Assembly (NCBI GenBank): GCA_000002435.2
Contig: CM018791.1
Source of the DNA: Giardia intestinalis
Lineage: Eukaryota
Strand: one strand, 5' to 3'
Length of the DNA stretch: 64,000 bases
Of the stretch, positions 1 through 9,500 are shown one piece after another. Numbering within the stretch: the first letter of the stretch is position 1; every line of letters begins with the position of its first letter. The translations under genes were made by a program, and so were the position numbers. The notes beneath the pieces are model-generated. The model worked only from the letters and a program-made list of their open reading frames with translations. It did no database searches and was not told the origin of the DNA.

Positions 1-244
1 CCATGTGGAGGACCCGGTAGTAGAGGGCCGACCCCCGCAGCGTGGGCCCCAGGGCGCAGGCGGGGGAGAACGCGTAGAGCCCGCCCTCCTCGCTGTGGAA
101 GATGTCGCTGCTCTGGATGGCCGCCTCGAACGTGAAGCGGCGCCGGAAGACCTCCCGGAGGTACTCGTCGGGGGGCAGCGCGGCGAGGAACGCGGACGTC
201 CCCCGGCTCCCCCCGGCCGCGATGCTGTGGCCCACCGGGGGCAG
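1..244 (-). CDS. Hypothetical protein, N-terminal 81 codons (the gene runs off the left window edge). Extreme GC3 codon bias (MLPPVGHSIAAGGSRGTSAFLAALPPDEYLREVFRRRF...).
   Basis: Minus-strand frame from ATG at 244 is open to position 1, with third codon positions almost all G/C. An in-frame TGA at 278-280 lies just upstream of the ATG. The ~75% GC block ends exactly there. The competing plus-strand ORF 5..316 has mixed GC3 and runs into AT-rich spacer. Confidence 0.45.
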   Translation of the reverse strand, partial: MPPVGHSIAAGGSRGTSAFLAALPPDEYLREVFRRRFTFEAAIQSSDIFHSEEGGLYAFSPACALGPTLRGSALYYRVLHM

Positions 245-683
245 CATGTCCGAGACGTCCCGCGTGCTGAGGATGACTCTTCACCGATATTCCTTAGTAA
301 GCTTAGTCAATGGTAAGTATAACGTCTTGTAGACGACGAGTGACAGTAATTCACCGTGTTTTCCCAGGGCCTCTAAACTAAGAGAGCCTGACAACAAAGT
401 GCTCAAATTGCGGTTCAAGGCACGCATTATGAAGACATTGGCATCGCCGCTTTTTTAGGTTTCTGCGCCGGCCTACTAGGCAGTCAAAATAGTACAAAAA
501 TTTCCAAATTGATGTTTAAACAATTTTAGATGTGCAAAGACTTTCATCGACCTCTTACTGGTTGACAGCGAATAGCTGTTTACACACAGAAATTCCGTTA
601 TTGGTTTTCTTCGATAAATAAATTTCAAGAATCTTCGATTGCGCTGAATAAGTCAATGTTCCTTCAATCGTTGAGAAAAATAA

Positions 684-1478
684 ATGTGCTGTGATGAGGA
701 TGTCATTGCCCTCATCTGCGTGGGTGTCCCGATGGTTGTGTATGCCCTGATTGTAGGGTTCCAGAAAAGGAACCCAGCTGCTGTTGGTCAAGCGCTAAAG
801 ACTTGTTTTAATGACAACAAATCTATATGGAAAAAAGACCCTTTGAAGTGCCTTGCTGGTACTAAATATGGTGGCTTGTTTCTCTTCATAATGATCGTGG
901 CCGTGATCTGCATCATTTACGGGATTGTTGTTCAGATACTCAAATGTATTTTGTGTTGCTGTAATTGTTGTTGCGGGTGCTGCGGGTGCCTCGACTGCTT
1001 CCTCAAGTACGCGTTCCGCATCGGGGTCGGCGTCGGGTACCCCTCTTTGATGGATTTTCTTACATATTTGATCTCTGCTTCGGTAGCGAAGAATAACAAC
1101 TGGGTAGACAACAATCTCTCCAAGAGAGGCGCATTCAACAATGCAGTGGGAGGTTACAGTGGCATATCAATGCTATCTCTTGCGGCCGGTTGGGTCTTCA
1201 CTGTGGTCATCGGCTCATTTTTCATCCAGAAAGACAGCTGCGGCCTGAAATTCTTAGGGCTTATTCTAGGTTGTATCGTCGCCTTCGTCATTATCGCAGC
1301 TGTTGTCCCAGCAGATCCTCGTAATTTATACTCTGGTAAAGCCTTTAACAATCAGCTTTTCATTAGCAAGGAAGCCAGGTGGGGCGGCGTTCTCCTCGGC
1401 TTCATCAATGTAGGAGTTTTCACAGGCATGTATGCTGCTGCCCTGTGTTGCTTGAACGGCTGCTGCTGTTGCAAGTAA
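684..1478 (+). CDS. Polycysteine multi-pass membrane protein with about 5 predicted TM helices. Carries Cys tracts CILCCCNCCCGCCGCLDC and CCLNGCCCCK.
   Basis: 264-aa ORF with ATG at 684 in an AT-rich context (GAGAAAAATAAATG). Five hydrophobic 19-24-aa segments. Two juxtamembrane poly-Cys tracts. Confidence 0.6.
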   Translation: MCCDEDVIALICVGVPMVVYALIVGFQKRNPAAVGQALKTCFNDNKSIWKKDPLKCLAGTKYGGLFLFIMIVAVICIIYGIVVQILKCILCCCNCCCGCCGCLDCFLKYAFRIGVGVGYPSLMDFLTYLISASVAKNNNWVDNNLSKRGAFNNAVGGYSGISMLSLAAGWVFTVVIGSFFIQKDSCGLKFLGLILGCIVAFVIIAAVVPADPRNLYSGKAFNNQLFISKEARWGGVLLGFINVGVFTGMYAAALCCLNGCCCCK

Positions 1479-1531
1479 ATAGTGGTGTCCCCGTGCAGAC
1501 TTTTCTTTTTGACAAAAATCACGGTTGCTAG

Positions 1532-2524
1532 ATGGACATCGGGGTCGCAGTTCAGGCTCTAGAGGTGAGTCTGAGAGGCTTCTGCTACCCAGCGATGTAC
1601 CTCAACGCGGACAGATTCAGCACAGGAGCATCTGAGGACCTGGTGGCACTTGTCGCCCAGATTCTTGAGCGGTGCCACCCTTCCATCCAAGCGTACCTCT
1701 CAACGAAGGGTTATTATACACCACTAACTAAGTTCACTGGGCCCGACTGGTACAGGTGTTTTGAGTCATTCATGCGTGAAAACATCCATACTGTTGAAAA
1801 CTCATCATCTGTGCCTATACTCCCGTCATCGTCGTGGGAGAAGCATTCCTTTGCCGTCGCTAAGGTCAAGGAGGTACTGGGGTTTGTGCGGATACTCAAA
1901 GCAGCCGTGCCGAAGAAGAAGCGATCTCTTCAGGAGCACCGACCGACCTCCAGCCTGACTCAAGCACTGAAGACCAGTCGGGTTGGGCTAGAGGGCGTGG
2001 AGCTCACAACGCCTGAAGATTGCAACTCTAAGCAGATGCTCCGTTTTGCATTCGATGGAGCAGACTCAACAGATTCTCTCGAAGATGCAATAGATAACGA
2101 GAGTCATCACTATCACATGAGCAGTAGAATCACAGAATATCAAAGGAATAGCGATCAATCTAAGGCACCCAGTGGACAGTTCAGTGACAGCCATGATCGT
2201 GCCCGTTACAGAGGCAAGAGTGACAGAGACTCTGCTGATACTGCTCGCTCCCCTCGATCACTGCACTCACTTCAGGCCCCCAGCAACCTGAGTGCAAGAC
2301 GCAGTGCACAATCGTTGGATTGCCTACCGCAATATAGCCGGCCATCGTCTTCCAGGAGAGGCTCAGTCCTCACGGAGCTGAATGAGCATACTATCAGAGA
2401 TGTATTCTACGAGGTGGAGAAGGCTGTGCATGGAATCCAGGTCTTGAATGCAAAGGTGGATGCAGTATTTGGGAGACTCGATTTGCTGGAGCAGAGATTA
2501 GACCAAATATTCACTAAGCTCTGA
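1532..2524 (+). CDS. Hypothetical protein with a Ser/Arg-rich middle and a C-terminal coiled-coil.
   Basis: 330-aa ORF with ATG at 1532. The poly(A) signal AGTAAAT lies 20 nt after the TGA stop. Protein-like N-terminus and a heptad-patterned C-terminus. Confidence 0.55.
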   Translation: MDIGVAVQALEVSLRGFCYPAMYLNADRFSTGASEDLVALVAQILERCHPSIQAYLSTKGYYTPLTKFTGPDWYRCFESFMRENIHTVENSSSVPILPSSSWEKHSFAVAKVKEVLGFVRILKAAVPKKKRSLQEHRPTSSLTQALKTSRVGLEGVELTTPEDCNSKQMLRFAFDGADSTDSLEDAIDNESHHYHMSSRITEYQRNSDQSKAPSGQFSDSHDRARYRGKSDRDSADTARSPRSLHSLQAPSNLSARRSAQSLDCLPQYSRPSSSRRGSVLTELNEHTIRDVFYEVEKAVHGIQVLNAKVDAVFGRLDLLEQRLDQIFTKL

Positions 2525-2543
2525 TGGGCTCCTGTGAACCCAA

Positions 2544-2550
2544 AGTAAAT
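2544..2550 (+). promoter_or_regulatory. Giardia-type poly(A) signal AGTAAAT (AGTRAAY) for the 1532..2524 gene.
   Basis: Matches the Giardia AGTRAAY polyadenylation consensus 20 nt downstream of the stop. Confidence 0.45.
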
Positions 2551-2562
2551 CTCTAGTTAAAA

Positions 2563-3231
2563 ATGTCTGAGGAGTATGACATCCAAAAGGAAGTCGTGGA
2601 GGACGAGCTTGCCCAGTTCAAGCGGGACTATGATAAGGTGGCAGCCAATCCAGCCTTCTATTATGCCAGCTCCGCAGGTGACGCATTTCAAGTTATGAGG
2701 AAGGTACTTGTCAAGGCGGGCCGAGACCTCTCTCTCCTCGAAAAGGAGATACTTGGTGCGCGTGACCCTGCTGTCAGAGAGCAGCGGGAAATGGAGTACA
2801 GTAACCTAAAGAAGCTTTATGAAAGCTATAGAACCAAACTTAACGATCTTGAGGTGCAATCCCGAGAGGCTGCGATGAACTCTGGGGCCATCCAGGACGA
2901 GCCACTAACAGCTGAGCAGCGACTCGGCGCCGCAGTAGTCATACAGGAGGATACGAATGTTCGTGTAAAGGATACAATCAACATAATGCAGGAGGTCGTA
3001 GTGATGAATGATGCCATACTTGAATCGCTGGACCGTGATATGGAGCGTCTCAACCGCGTCTCTGAGGAGCTCGACGGGATTCAGGCAGACGCTGCGCTTG
3101 CTCGGCGGCAGCTTCGGAACGTCATGCGGGCCCTGGCCTCAAATAAGTGCATGCTCTGTGTCATGATGGTCATCTGCATCATTGTGCTAATAGTTAGCAT
3201 CGTAGACCTAGCACAGGCCACCAAGAAGTGA
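2563..3231 (+). CDS. Tail-anchored Qb-SNARE of the Vti1 family.
   Basis: C-terminal SNARE heptads NIMQEVVVMNDAILESLDRDMERLNRVSEEL...RRQLRNVMRALASNK align to the Vti1 motif (IGSQIMMDL...RETLENARQTL...TMTRRLVANK), including the zero-layer Q. These are followed by a single C-terminal TM (CMLCVMMVICIIVLIVSIV). 222 aa is the typical Qb-SNARE size. Confidence 0.7.
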   Translation: MSEEYDIQKEVVEDELAQFKRDYDKVAANPAFYYASSAGDAFQVMRKVLVKAGRDLSLLEKEILGARDPAVREQREMEYSNLKKLYESYRTKLNDLEVQSREAAMNSGAIQDEPLTAEQRLGAAVVIQEDTNVRVKDTINIMQEVVVMNDAILESLDRDMERLNRVSEELDGIQADAALARRQLRNVMRALASNKCMLCVMMVICIIVLIVSIVDLAQATKK

Positions 3232-3331
3232 AGGTGGTTTACTAGAGATAAATAGTACAAGTAAGTTATAGATCAACGTGACTGATGCTGGCTCTGCATC
3301 GGCCTACTGTAAATTCCATTATACTTTCTGC

Positions 3332-4267
3332 TCACTTGATCTTGCAGAGGAGCCTATTAGACATGTTGAAGAGCCGCTCCAGTCCCATCTTATCGTTCAT
3401 GGGATTATCAGGAATAAAGGAGGGCTTGTAAGGGAGAGCAGGGTATATTCTATCGCTGTGGATAAGGATTTCCCCGAAGACCTTGTTGAGGCTGTCGGCA
3501 GGGCCAGAATGGCGGACTTGGAAGTTGCTGGACGACCTCTGAACAAGAGATTGCGAGTTCAGCGGCCTGGCCGCTCTAGATGCTGCGTGCTGTGATGTAC
3601 TCTGTGCTCTGGTAACATCTGCCAGCGTAGGAAGTGGATCTAAGACACGGTCACTCCCACTTACACTATGTCGTAGGTGCTCGTCTGATGTGTGGCTGGA
3701 ATTAGGGCCGGAACCCCTGCTACTAAAGGCCCATGAGGGACGTGTGACACGCTCCGAAACAGGGAAAATGGGAAGCTGAAGGACGTCATTTGTTAAGATA
3801 GGAGGGATGGAGAGATTACATGACACCCGTAGCCTCTGCAGCGCATACACGAAGTTCTGGCTTTGCGCATGCCCAGACCAAACAAGTCGCTGCATGTGGT
3901 TGAATACCATTGTTGCTGGGAGAAGAGTAATACCATTTCGCTTCATGAATGCTGCAAAACAGCCTTGGACATCACTAGCAACGCTAATGCGATGAAGATA
4001 CGAAATTTTATGCACGGTGTCCTGTAAATCGGTCGGATGCTCAATAGAGATGGCGAGGAAGTAGACCATTGGCATCAGTTCACGAGCATTCGCGATCACA
4101 CGCAAGGAGTCTTGAGAGAAATTGGATCTGCTATTGAACATGATAACCACAATTGGATGGCCCATTCCTTCATAGACGCCTGACCGCTTTATATAAACGA
4201 GATCCTCCAAGCGAGGAAGGACTTTAAGTGAGTCCGCGTTTGTAGCGTTAGGCAGAGTAATCTTCAT
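3332..4267 (-). CDS. Hypothetical protein. The N-terminal ~140 aa may have a thioredoxin-fold/phosducin-like domain without a CxxC; the C-terminal half is Ser-rich and low-complexity.
   Basis: 311-aa minus-strand ORF with a verified ATG at 4267. The segment PIVVIMFNSRSNFSQDSLRVIANARELMPMVYFLAISIE resembles TXNDC9/phosducin-like beta-alpha-beta cores. Domain identity is tentative. Confidence 0.5.
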   Translation of the reverse strand: MKITLPNATNADSLKVLPRLEDLVYIKRSGVYEGMGHPIVVIMFNSRSNFSQDSLRVIANARELMPMVYFLAISIEHPTDLQDTVHKISYLHRISVASDVQGCFAAFMKRNGITLLPATMVFNHMQRLVWSGHAQSQNFVYALQRLRVSCNLSIPPILTNDVLQLPIFPVSERVTRPSWAFSSRGSGPNSSHTSDEHLRHSVSGSDRVLDPLPTLADVTRAQSTSQHAASRAARPLNSQSLVQRSSSNFQVRHSGPADSLNKVFGEILIHSDRIYPALPYKPSFIPDNPMNDKMGLERLFNMSNRLLCKIK

Positions 4268-4336
4268 TTTAAACCAATTTTAGATTTTTGACAATACACA
4301 AGTGCGAGTGAAAAACGTCAGATCATATACGAGGCA

Positions 4337-5251
4337 TCATTCATACAGGTCTATAGAGACATCACTGTTCAGAAGCTTTGGAAAGTCTTCTTGGAGAGCA
4401 GCGCAGACGTCGTCGAGCGATACACGAGACTCTTCCCAGTCCAGACACCTCAGGGCCAAACGGCCCAACTTGGCCCTCTCAGGATCAAGTGTCTTCACTA
4501 TTTGCTCAAAGGGCTCCCGGTCTCTGCCAGCCTCCTTGACGAGGGTCTTCACAGTGTCCGCCACTGACGAATCAACTCTTTTTAGAAACTCGTCGACTCC
4601 GCTTTTTGGCATGATGCGAATGCACTCGGAAAACGTAGCTATGCGGGGACGTGCGTGGATCAAATGGAGCAAAAAGGTCCCCAAAGCAAAAGTGTCCGAG
4701 GCGAAAGAGAAAGGAATACCGACCCACTGCTCCGGGGTACGTATCGACTTCGGTGATGCATATGGGTAACAGAGCGGATTAATTTGTCTTGCGGATCCTA
4801 AATCCCCCACAAGAGCTACCACTTTATAGCCTCCGCCCCTCTGAGAGATGCGAATCATGAAGTTTTGTGCTTTCGCATCTCGATGCACATACCCAGCCTT
4901 GTGTATTGCTTGTAAACCCATGGAAACATCTATAGCTATTCGCGCACAGCAATCGGCCGACAGCCTTCGTCCCTCCTTGAGGGGCGTTGCTATTAACTTG
5001 GCCGCATCGCACGTACACAGTGGTGTGACGATGGACAGAATCAGACGCTCATGCGATTTTGTAGCAAAAATCGTTTGGACAGGTAAAACATTTTTGTGCT
5101 TGACGGCTTGTGCCACAGTGACCTCTGCGGGAACAATTAGACAGCCCCGGCTGACGCGCTTCACGGCAACCCTGTTTCCCTCGGGCGTAACGCAACGAAA
5201 AACAACGCCGAATGAACCTGACCCTAGGAGCTTTTCAATTGTCAGCTTCAT
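4337..5251 (-). CDS. Ser/Thr protein kinase, small single-domain.
   Basis: Gly loop GSGSFGVV, VAVK lysine, catalytic loop HRDAKAQN, and DLG in place of DFG. Full kinase subdomain order in 304 aa. Confidence 0.8.
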   Translation of the reverse strand: MKLTIEKLLGSGSFGVVFRCVTPEGNRVAVKRVSRGCLIVPAEVTVAQAVKHKNVLPVQTIFATKSHERLILSIVTPLCTCDAAKLIATPLKEGRRLSADCCARIAIDVSMGLQAIHKAGYVHRDAKAQNFMIRISQRGGGYKVVALVGDLGSARQINPLCYPYASPKSIRTPEQWVGIPFSFASDTFALGTFLLHLIHARPRIATFSECIRIMPKSGVDEFLKRVDSSVADTVKTLVKEAGRDREPFEQIVKTLDPERAKLGRLALRCLDWEESRVSLDDVCAALQEDFPKLLNSDVSIDLYE

Positions 5252-5440
5252 TTTTATTATCGAATAACATCATTGGAGCGCAGGGAATGCTGACAGGGAA
5301 AGAGTGCTCATGTGAATGAACCGACTAGAGAAGGAGGGGCAGACATTAAAGGAGTATTGACGTTTAAGTGTCCAATTAATTATGGATAATTCATTTGTAT
5401 ACGCCAACTAAACGCTCTACAGTAGAGGCTGAAAATTAAA

Positions 5441-6424
5441 ATGCCGTTCAAGCAGACCCGCCACTTGCTCACTATCTCTGCCCTCTGCCCCAAGGAGCTT
5501 GCGTACCTTATCGACCGTGCGCTCGACATGAAGAAGAACCCCGCGAAGTACACTGCGCGTGCGGCCAACAAGACCCTGCTCGCCTTCTTCGCCAAGCCGT
5601 CACTCCGCACACGCGTCTCCTTGGAGACAGCCATGACGCGCCTTGGCGGGCACGCGATCTACTACGAGCTCGGCGCAAACTCCAACGTTGGCGGCAAGGA
5701 GACCGTCCAGGACACCGCTGAGGTCTTCTCGCGCATGGTGGACATCTGCACAGCCCGCCTGGCCACCAAGGAGATGATGAGGGAGATGGCCCAGCACGCT
5801 TCTGTGCCCTGCATCAACGCCCTTGACGACTTCGGCCACCCGCTCCAGATGGTCTGCGACTTCATGACCATCAAGGAGAAGTTCACGGCGGCAGGCGAGT
5901 TCTCCAACGGCTTCAAGGGCATAAAGTTTGCATACTGCGGGGACTCCATGAACAACGTCACATACGACCTCATGCGTGGCTGCGCCCTGCTTGGCATGGA
6001 GTGCCACGTTTGCTGCCCTGACCACAAGGACTTCAAGCCCATCAAGGAAGTCATCGATGAGTGCGAGGAGATCATCGCAAAGCACGGCACCGGCGGCTCC
6101 ATTAAAATCTTCCATGACTGCAAGAAGGGGTGCGAGGGCGTCGACGTCGTCTACACAGACTCGTGGATGAGCTACCACATCACCAAGGAGCAGAAGGAGG
6201 CCCGCCTCAAGGTTCTCACGCCGTTCCAGGTCGACGATGCCGTCATGGCCGTCACCTCCAAGCGCAGCATCTTCATGAACTGCCTTCCAGCGACCCGCGG
6301 TGAGGAGCAGACGGCGTCTGTCATTGACGGGCCCAAGTCCGTCTGCTACGACGAGGCCGGGAATCGCCTGCACTCGGCTATGGCGGTCCTCGACTTCTTC
6401 TTGCATGACTGCAAGATGGAGTGA
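5441..6424 (+). CDS. OCT: Ornithine carbamoyltransferase (arginine dihydrolase pathway).
   Basis: SLRTRVS (STRTR carbamoyl-phosphate motif), HPLQ (HPxQ), DSMNNV and NCLP (the HCLP ornithine-binding motif). It aligns along its length to OTC/ArgF. GC3-rich codon usage. Start context GAAAATTAAAATG. Confidence 0.93.
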   Translation: MPFKQTRHLLTISALCPKELAYLIDRALDMKKNPAKYTARAANKTLLAFFAKPSLRTRVSLETAMTRLGGHAIYYELGANSNVGGKETVQDTAEVFSRMVDICTARLATKEMMREMAQHASVPCINALDDFGHPLQMVCDFMTIKEKFTAAGEFSNGFKGIKFAYCGDSMNNVTYDLMRGCALLGMECHVCCPDHKDFKPIKEVIDECEEIIAKHGTGGSIKIFHDCKKGCEGVDVVYTDSWMSYHITKEQKEARLKVLTPFQVDDAVMAVTSKRSIFMNCLPATRGEEQTASVIDGPKSVCYDEAGNRLHSAMAVLDFFLHDCKME

Positions 6425-6443
6425 TTCTTCTGTGTCTTAGTAG

Positions 6444-6450
6444 AGTGAAT
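6444..6450 (+). promoter_or_regulatory. Poly(A) signal AGTGAAT (AGTRAAY) downstream of the OCT stop.
   Basis: Consensus match 20 nt after the TGA at 6422-6424. Confidence 0.45.
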
Positions 6451-6540
6451 GGTCCCGTTCTCTTTTTTCCTCTGTCTACATCTACAGCGGGCGACATTGC
6501 CTCAGTCCCGATGAAAAAACAAGCCGAGAGCCAAATTTTC

Positions 6541-9500
6541 ATGTACCTGTCAGGGGTGGAAATCAAGAACTTCCGCTCCATTGTCCATACATCTGTTACG
6601 GGACTCCATCCGGGAATCAACGTATTCATAGGTATCAATGGCGCAGGGAAATCGAATTTTTATAGTGCAATACTTTTTGCCCTGATGGACCCCCTCTACG
6701 ACCTGAAGACAATTAACAGGGCCCAGATACTATCCAATGACGCAAAAACTAAGTCCGGCTATGTAAAGCTAATTATAGATTTGGAAGGCGCTGCAGTAGG
6801 GGACTTCCAGGGAAGGGTATCCATCTCCAGACACTTCACAATAACTACAGACAGCTTCTATTTAAATGACGTACTGGTAACCAGCGATAAGGTTGCCAAT
6901 TTCCTTTCGATTATGGGATTTAACCCCAGTTCTCAAGGATACACCTTTGCAGTCCAACAGAGTAAGGTTACTAGCCTTGCAATGTCGGCCCCAAAGGCAC
7001 TCCTCGATGCATTTAACTCCAGCACTGGCACATGGGAGTACGATACGCGTAAGCAGGACGCTCTAGAAAAACTCAAAGCAGCAAGAGAAGAGAGGGAAGA
7101 GGCACAGCAAATTTATATGCAGCTTAAAGGACGATGCAGCAGACTAACCGAGCGGATGAATAAGAACAAGGAATACCTCAAGCTAATGGCAGAAAGGAGG
7201 GCTGCTGAGCACGCCCTTGCAACTCTTACTTATGATGCTCTCCAAGAGCAACGTGCACGATTAGAAACGCAAAAGGAAGCGCTCATAGAGGATTGCAAAG
7301 CCAAACGTACCCAAATAGATGCAATAAGAGCGGAGATTAATGTGCTTACAAACGAGCTCACTCCACTACAGCTTCAGGAGGATAAGGCCCTGGCAGCAGA
7401 AAGAGCGGTTAATGACCATGTTTACTACCTTGTCGATTCATGCCAATACCTAAGCTCTTTCTGCACTGCTAAGTCACAAAGGAGCCAAGAGCAGGAGGAC
7501 AGTGCAACCATAAGACGGCGTAGTGCACAGGACGCCCTTGAGGAAGCGATCTTACGCGAGCGATCTCTTTTGGATGAGCTAGCCACGCTCAGAAATGCAC
7601 AGTACTCTCTTTCATCATTTATAAGGAAGCAGAAGATCATGCTGGAAGGCCAGGAGGCTAATAAACGTGAGTCTCTCATTAAAGAGCTAGAGGATATCCT
7701 TCGAAATCTTATCAACGCAGAAGCAGAGCATGCAGCAATCAAGTCCTTGCAAGAAGAGGTTAAGCAGGAACTAGAATGCATCTCTAAGAAGCTAAATGTC
7801 TGTAAAATGCGAGAGACAGAGATCAATGCTAGTGAGCTCCTTCAGAGGTACACAGAATTCAGTGAGAAAAAGCAGCGACTGAATGTAGATCTATCCATGA
7901 AAGTAAAGAGCTTAAATGAGGCCGAAAACAAGGTTGTGCATGAAGAGTATCAGCTTTCGCAACTTACGCGTGAGTTTCTTGACCTGGCGCCTGCGAATCT
8001 GGCAGCTGGCGCTAACTTGTGCCTCTCTGCAATCAGGGAAGCAAAAATAAGCGGGTTCAGGGGGTTTCTTGCTGAACACATAAACGCAGCCGTGGGATCT
8101 TATCCAGCACTAGAGTCCGCTATAGGATCCACCGGGCTTTACTCCTTATTAGTAGAAAAACGCGAAACAGCTACAGAGATAATGCGGCACATTCGTCAGA
8201 GAACATCATCTTCGCCATTGTCTGGCAAAGCAAACTTTATTGTTCTTGATGCAGTCTCTCCGCCTTGTTTGCAGGAGATTAACAGTAACTGTGTTCCCTT
8301 GGCTTCTCTGGTAAGCACAGTGGATGACACTAGACCAGCAATCCTGCAAGCTTTGGGCACCAGTTACCTGACAAGATCATTGGAGGACGCAGCGAAGTAT
8401 TCCAGTGAGCATAATATCGATTGTTACACAGTCACTGGCGATGTCATACAAGGTTCTGGGGTTGCCATAGGTGGACACCGTAGCTTCAAAAGAATTAAGT
8501 GTGGTGTAGCTTTGGGAATCTCTCGTGAGGCTCTACTTGGAGCATCTCTCACAAAGGGACGAGTGAGCACTGAGATAGAAGAAATAAAGCAAGAGCTCCG
8601 CAATGTTGGTGCAGAGATAACCAAATTGGAGCCAATTGTTTCGCCCTTACAGGAAGAGCTAAGTGGTATTCGCGCAGAGATACTTCCCCTCTCCGGAGAA
8701 CTTACCAAACTGCAAAAGACGGAGACAAAATTGCATGCTGATGAGCAAGAGCTATGTGCGCGAATTAACACACTGTCCCAGATGAAGCAAAGCATGGAGG
8801 ACTCTGTGTCCTCTTTAACTGCAGGCAATAAATTGAACCCGGCAAAGGTGAAACTATTAAGACAGGAGCTGGCTAATAATGAAGCTAACGAAAAGGAGAT
8901 AGAAAAGAAGATAGACACCATCCAGGCTCTGGTAAATAAGGCAGCTGTTGATAGGATGAAAGCAGAGGCAAAAATGCAAAGCATAGACGCTAGTGGGACG
9001 CAGATTGAGTTGGGAATAAAAGAAAGAGGCGATGTTGATGCGCAGATGATGTCTTTGTTAACGGGGCTGGAGCAAGCTAACCTAGAGGCATTAGAGTTTC
9101 CGTCAGACAGAGATGGCTTAGCCCCCTTTGTAGAAAATCTTAGAACATTGAGCGAGAAGCTGAAGGACGCCATTAGCAACAAAGAGGAACTCGATGCTGT
9201 TGCACGATTGTCGGCTAAGTTTCTATCTGCCCTGACTGAGTTATCCGATAGTACAAAGGTGACTGTGGCCAATTGTAAAGAGACAACCAGTCGACAAAGG
9301 CAGAAAATAGTTAACAAGGAGGCAGAAATAGAAGATCTCAACCGTCAATTGGAGACAATTGCCATGGGATTTGAAGCCCTTGATCTGGAAAACAATGATG
9401 CTCTTCAGCATTATAAGAAGGCCGAGATTGCGCTAAGAGAGATAGCTGCCCCCACAGCAGATGAGATGGAGGCCCTTCAGCGCGAGAAAGCAGCAGCCAA

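Noticed and set aside
5-316. Plus-strand 103-aa ORF across the GC-rich block.
   Set aside because: It has mixed third-position composition and runs past the GC boundary into AT-rich spacer. The opposite strand has near-100% GC3 and a frame boundary that coincides with the GC shift. It is a shadow ORF of the minus-strand gene.
404-420. GGTTCAAGGC, a T-loop-like string, in the 280-683 spacer; and AGTTCGAATT near 54245 on the minus strand.
   Set aside because: Neither has flanking sequence that can form a T-stem, acceptor stem or anticodon arm. The second lies inside a coding frame. No tRNA is called.
314-589. Possible Giardia-type intron: GTAAGT at 314-319 and TTTACACACAG at ~578-589, which resembles the fused branch-acceptor motif CTRACACACAG.
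   Set aside because: The 3' motif departs from the CTRAC consensus at two positions. The 5' site would belong to the plus-strand shadow ORF. No coherent exon-exon frame results. A coincidental match is more likely.
3278-3595. 105-aa plus-strand ORF overlapping the 3' half of the minus-strand gene at 3332..4267.
   Set aside because: It is shorter and lies wholly inside the longer minus ORF, which has a protein-like N-terminal domain and a proper AT-rich start context.
5600-6406. 268-aa minus-strand ORF inside the ornithine carbamoyltransferase gene.
   Set aside because: It is a typical antisense shadow ORF of a GC3-rich gene. It is Ala/Gly/Val/Leu-rich with no domain, whereas the OCT frame has complete conserved motifs.
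6421-6540. ORF-track start of SMC (GTG at 6421, 4-nt overlap with the OCT stop), and similar GTG/TTG track starts at 28842, 31995, 34822, 45828, 54296, 54774 and 57486.
   Set aside because: These are alternative-codon starts picked by the ORF caller. In each case a downstream in-frame ATG with an AT-rich upstream gives a canonical N-terminus (SMC MY.., RpiB MKVAF.., Rad51 MPPRK..). I used those ATGs.
8424-9341. 305-aa minus-strand ORF inside the SMC coiled-coil region.
   Set aside because: A Ser/Leu-rich reverse-frame artefact of the coiled-coil GAR/GAG-rich coding. Similar plus-strand Ser-rich ORFs (e.g. 48205..48567, 48643..48984) inside the giant coiled-coil gene are rejected for the same reason.
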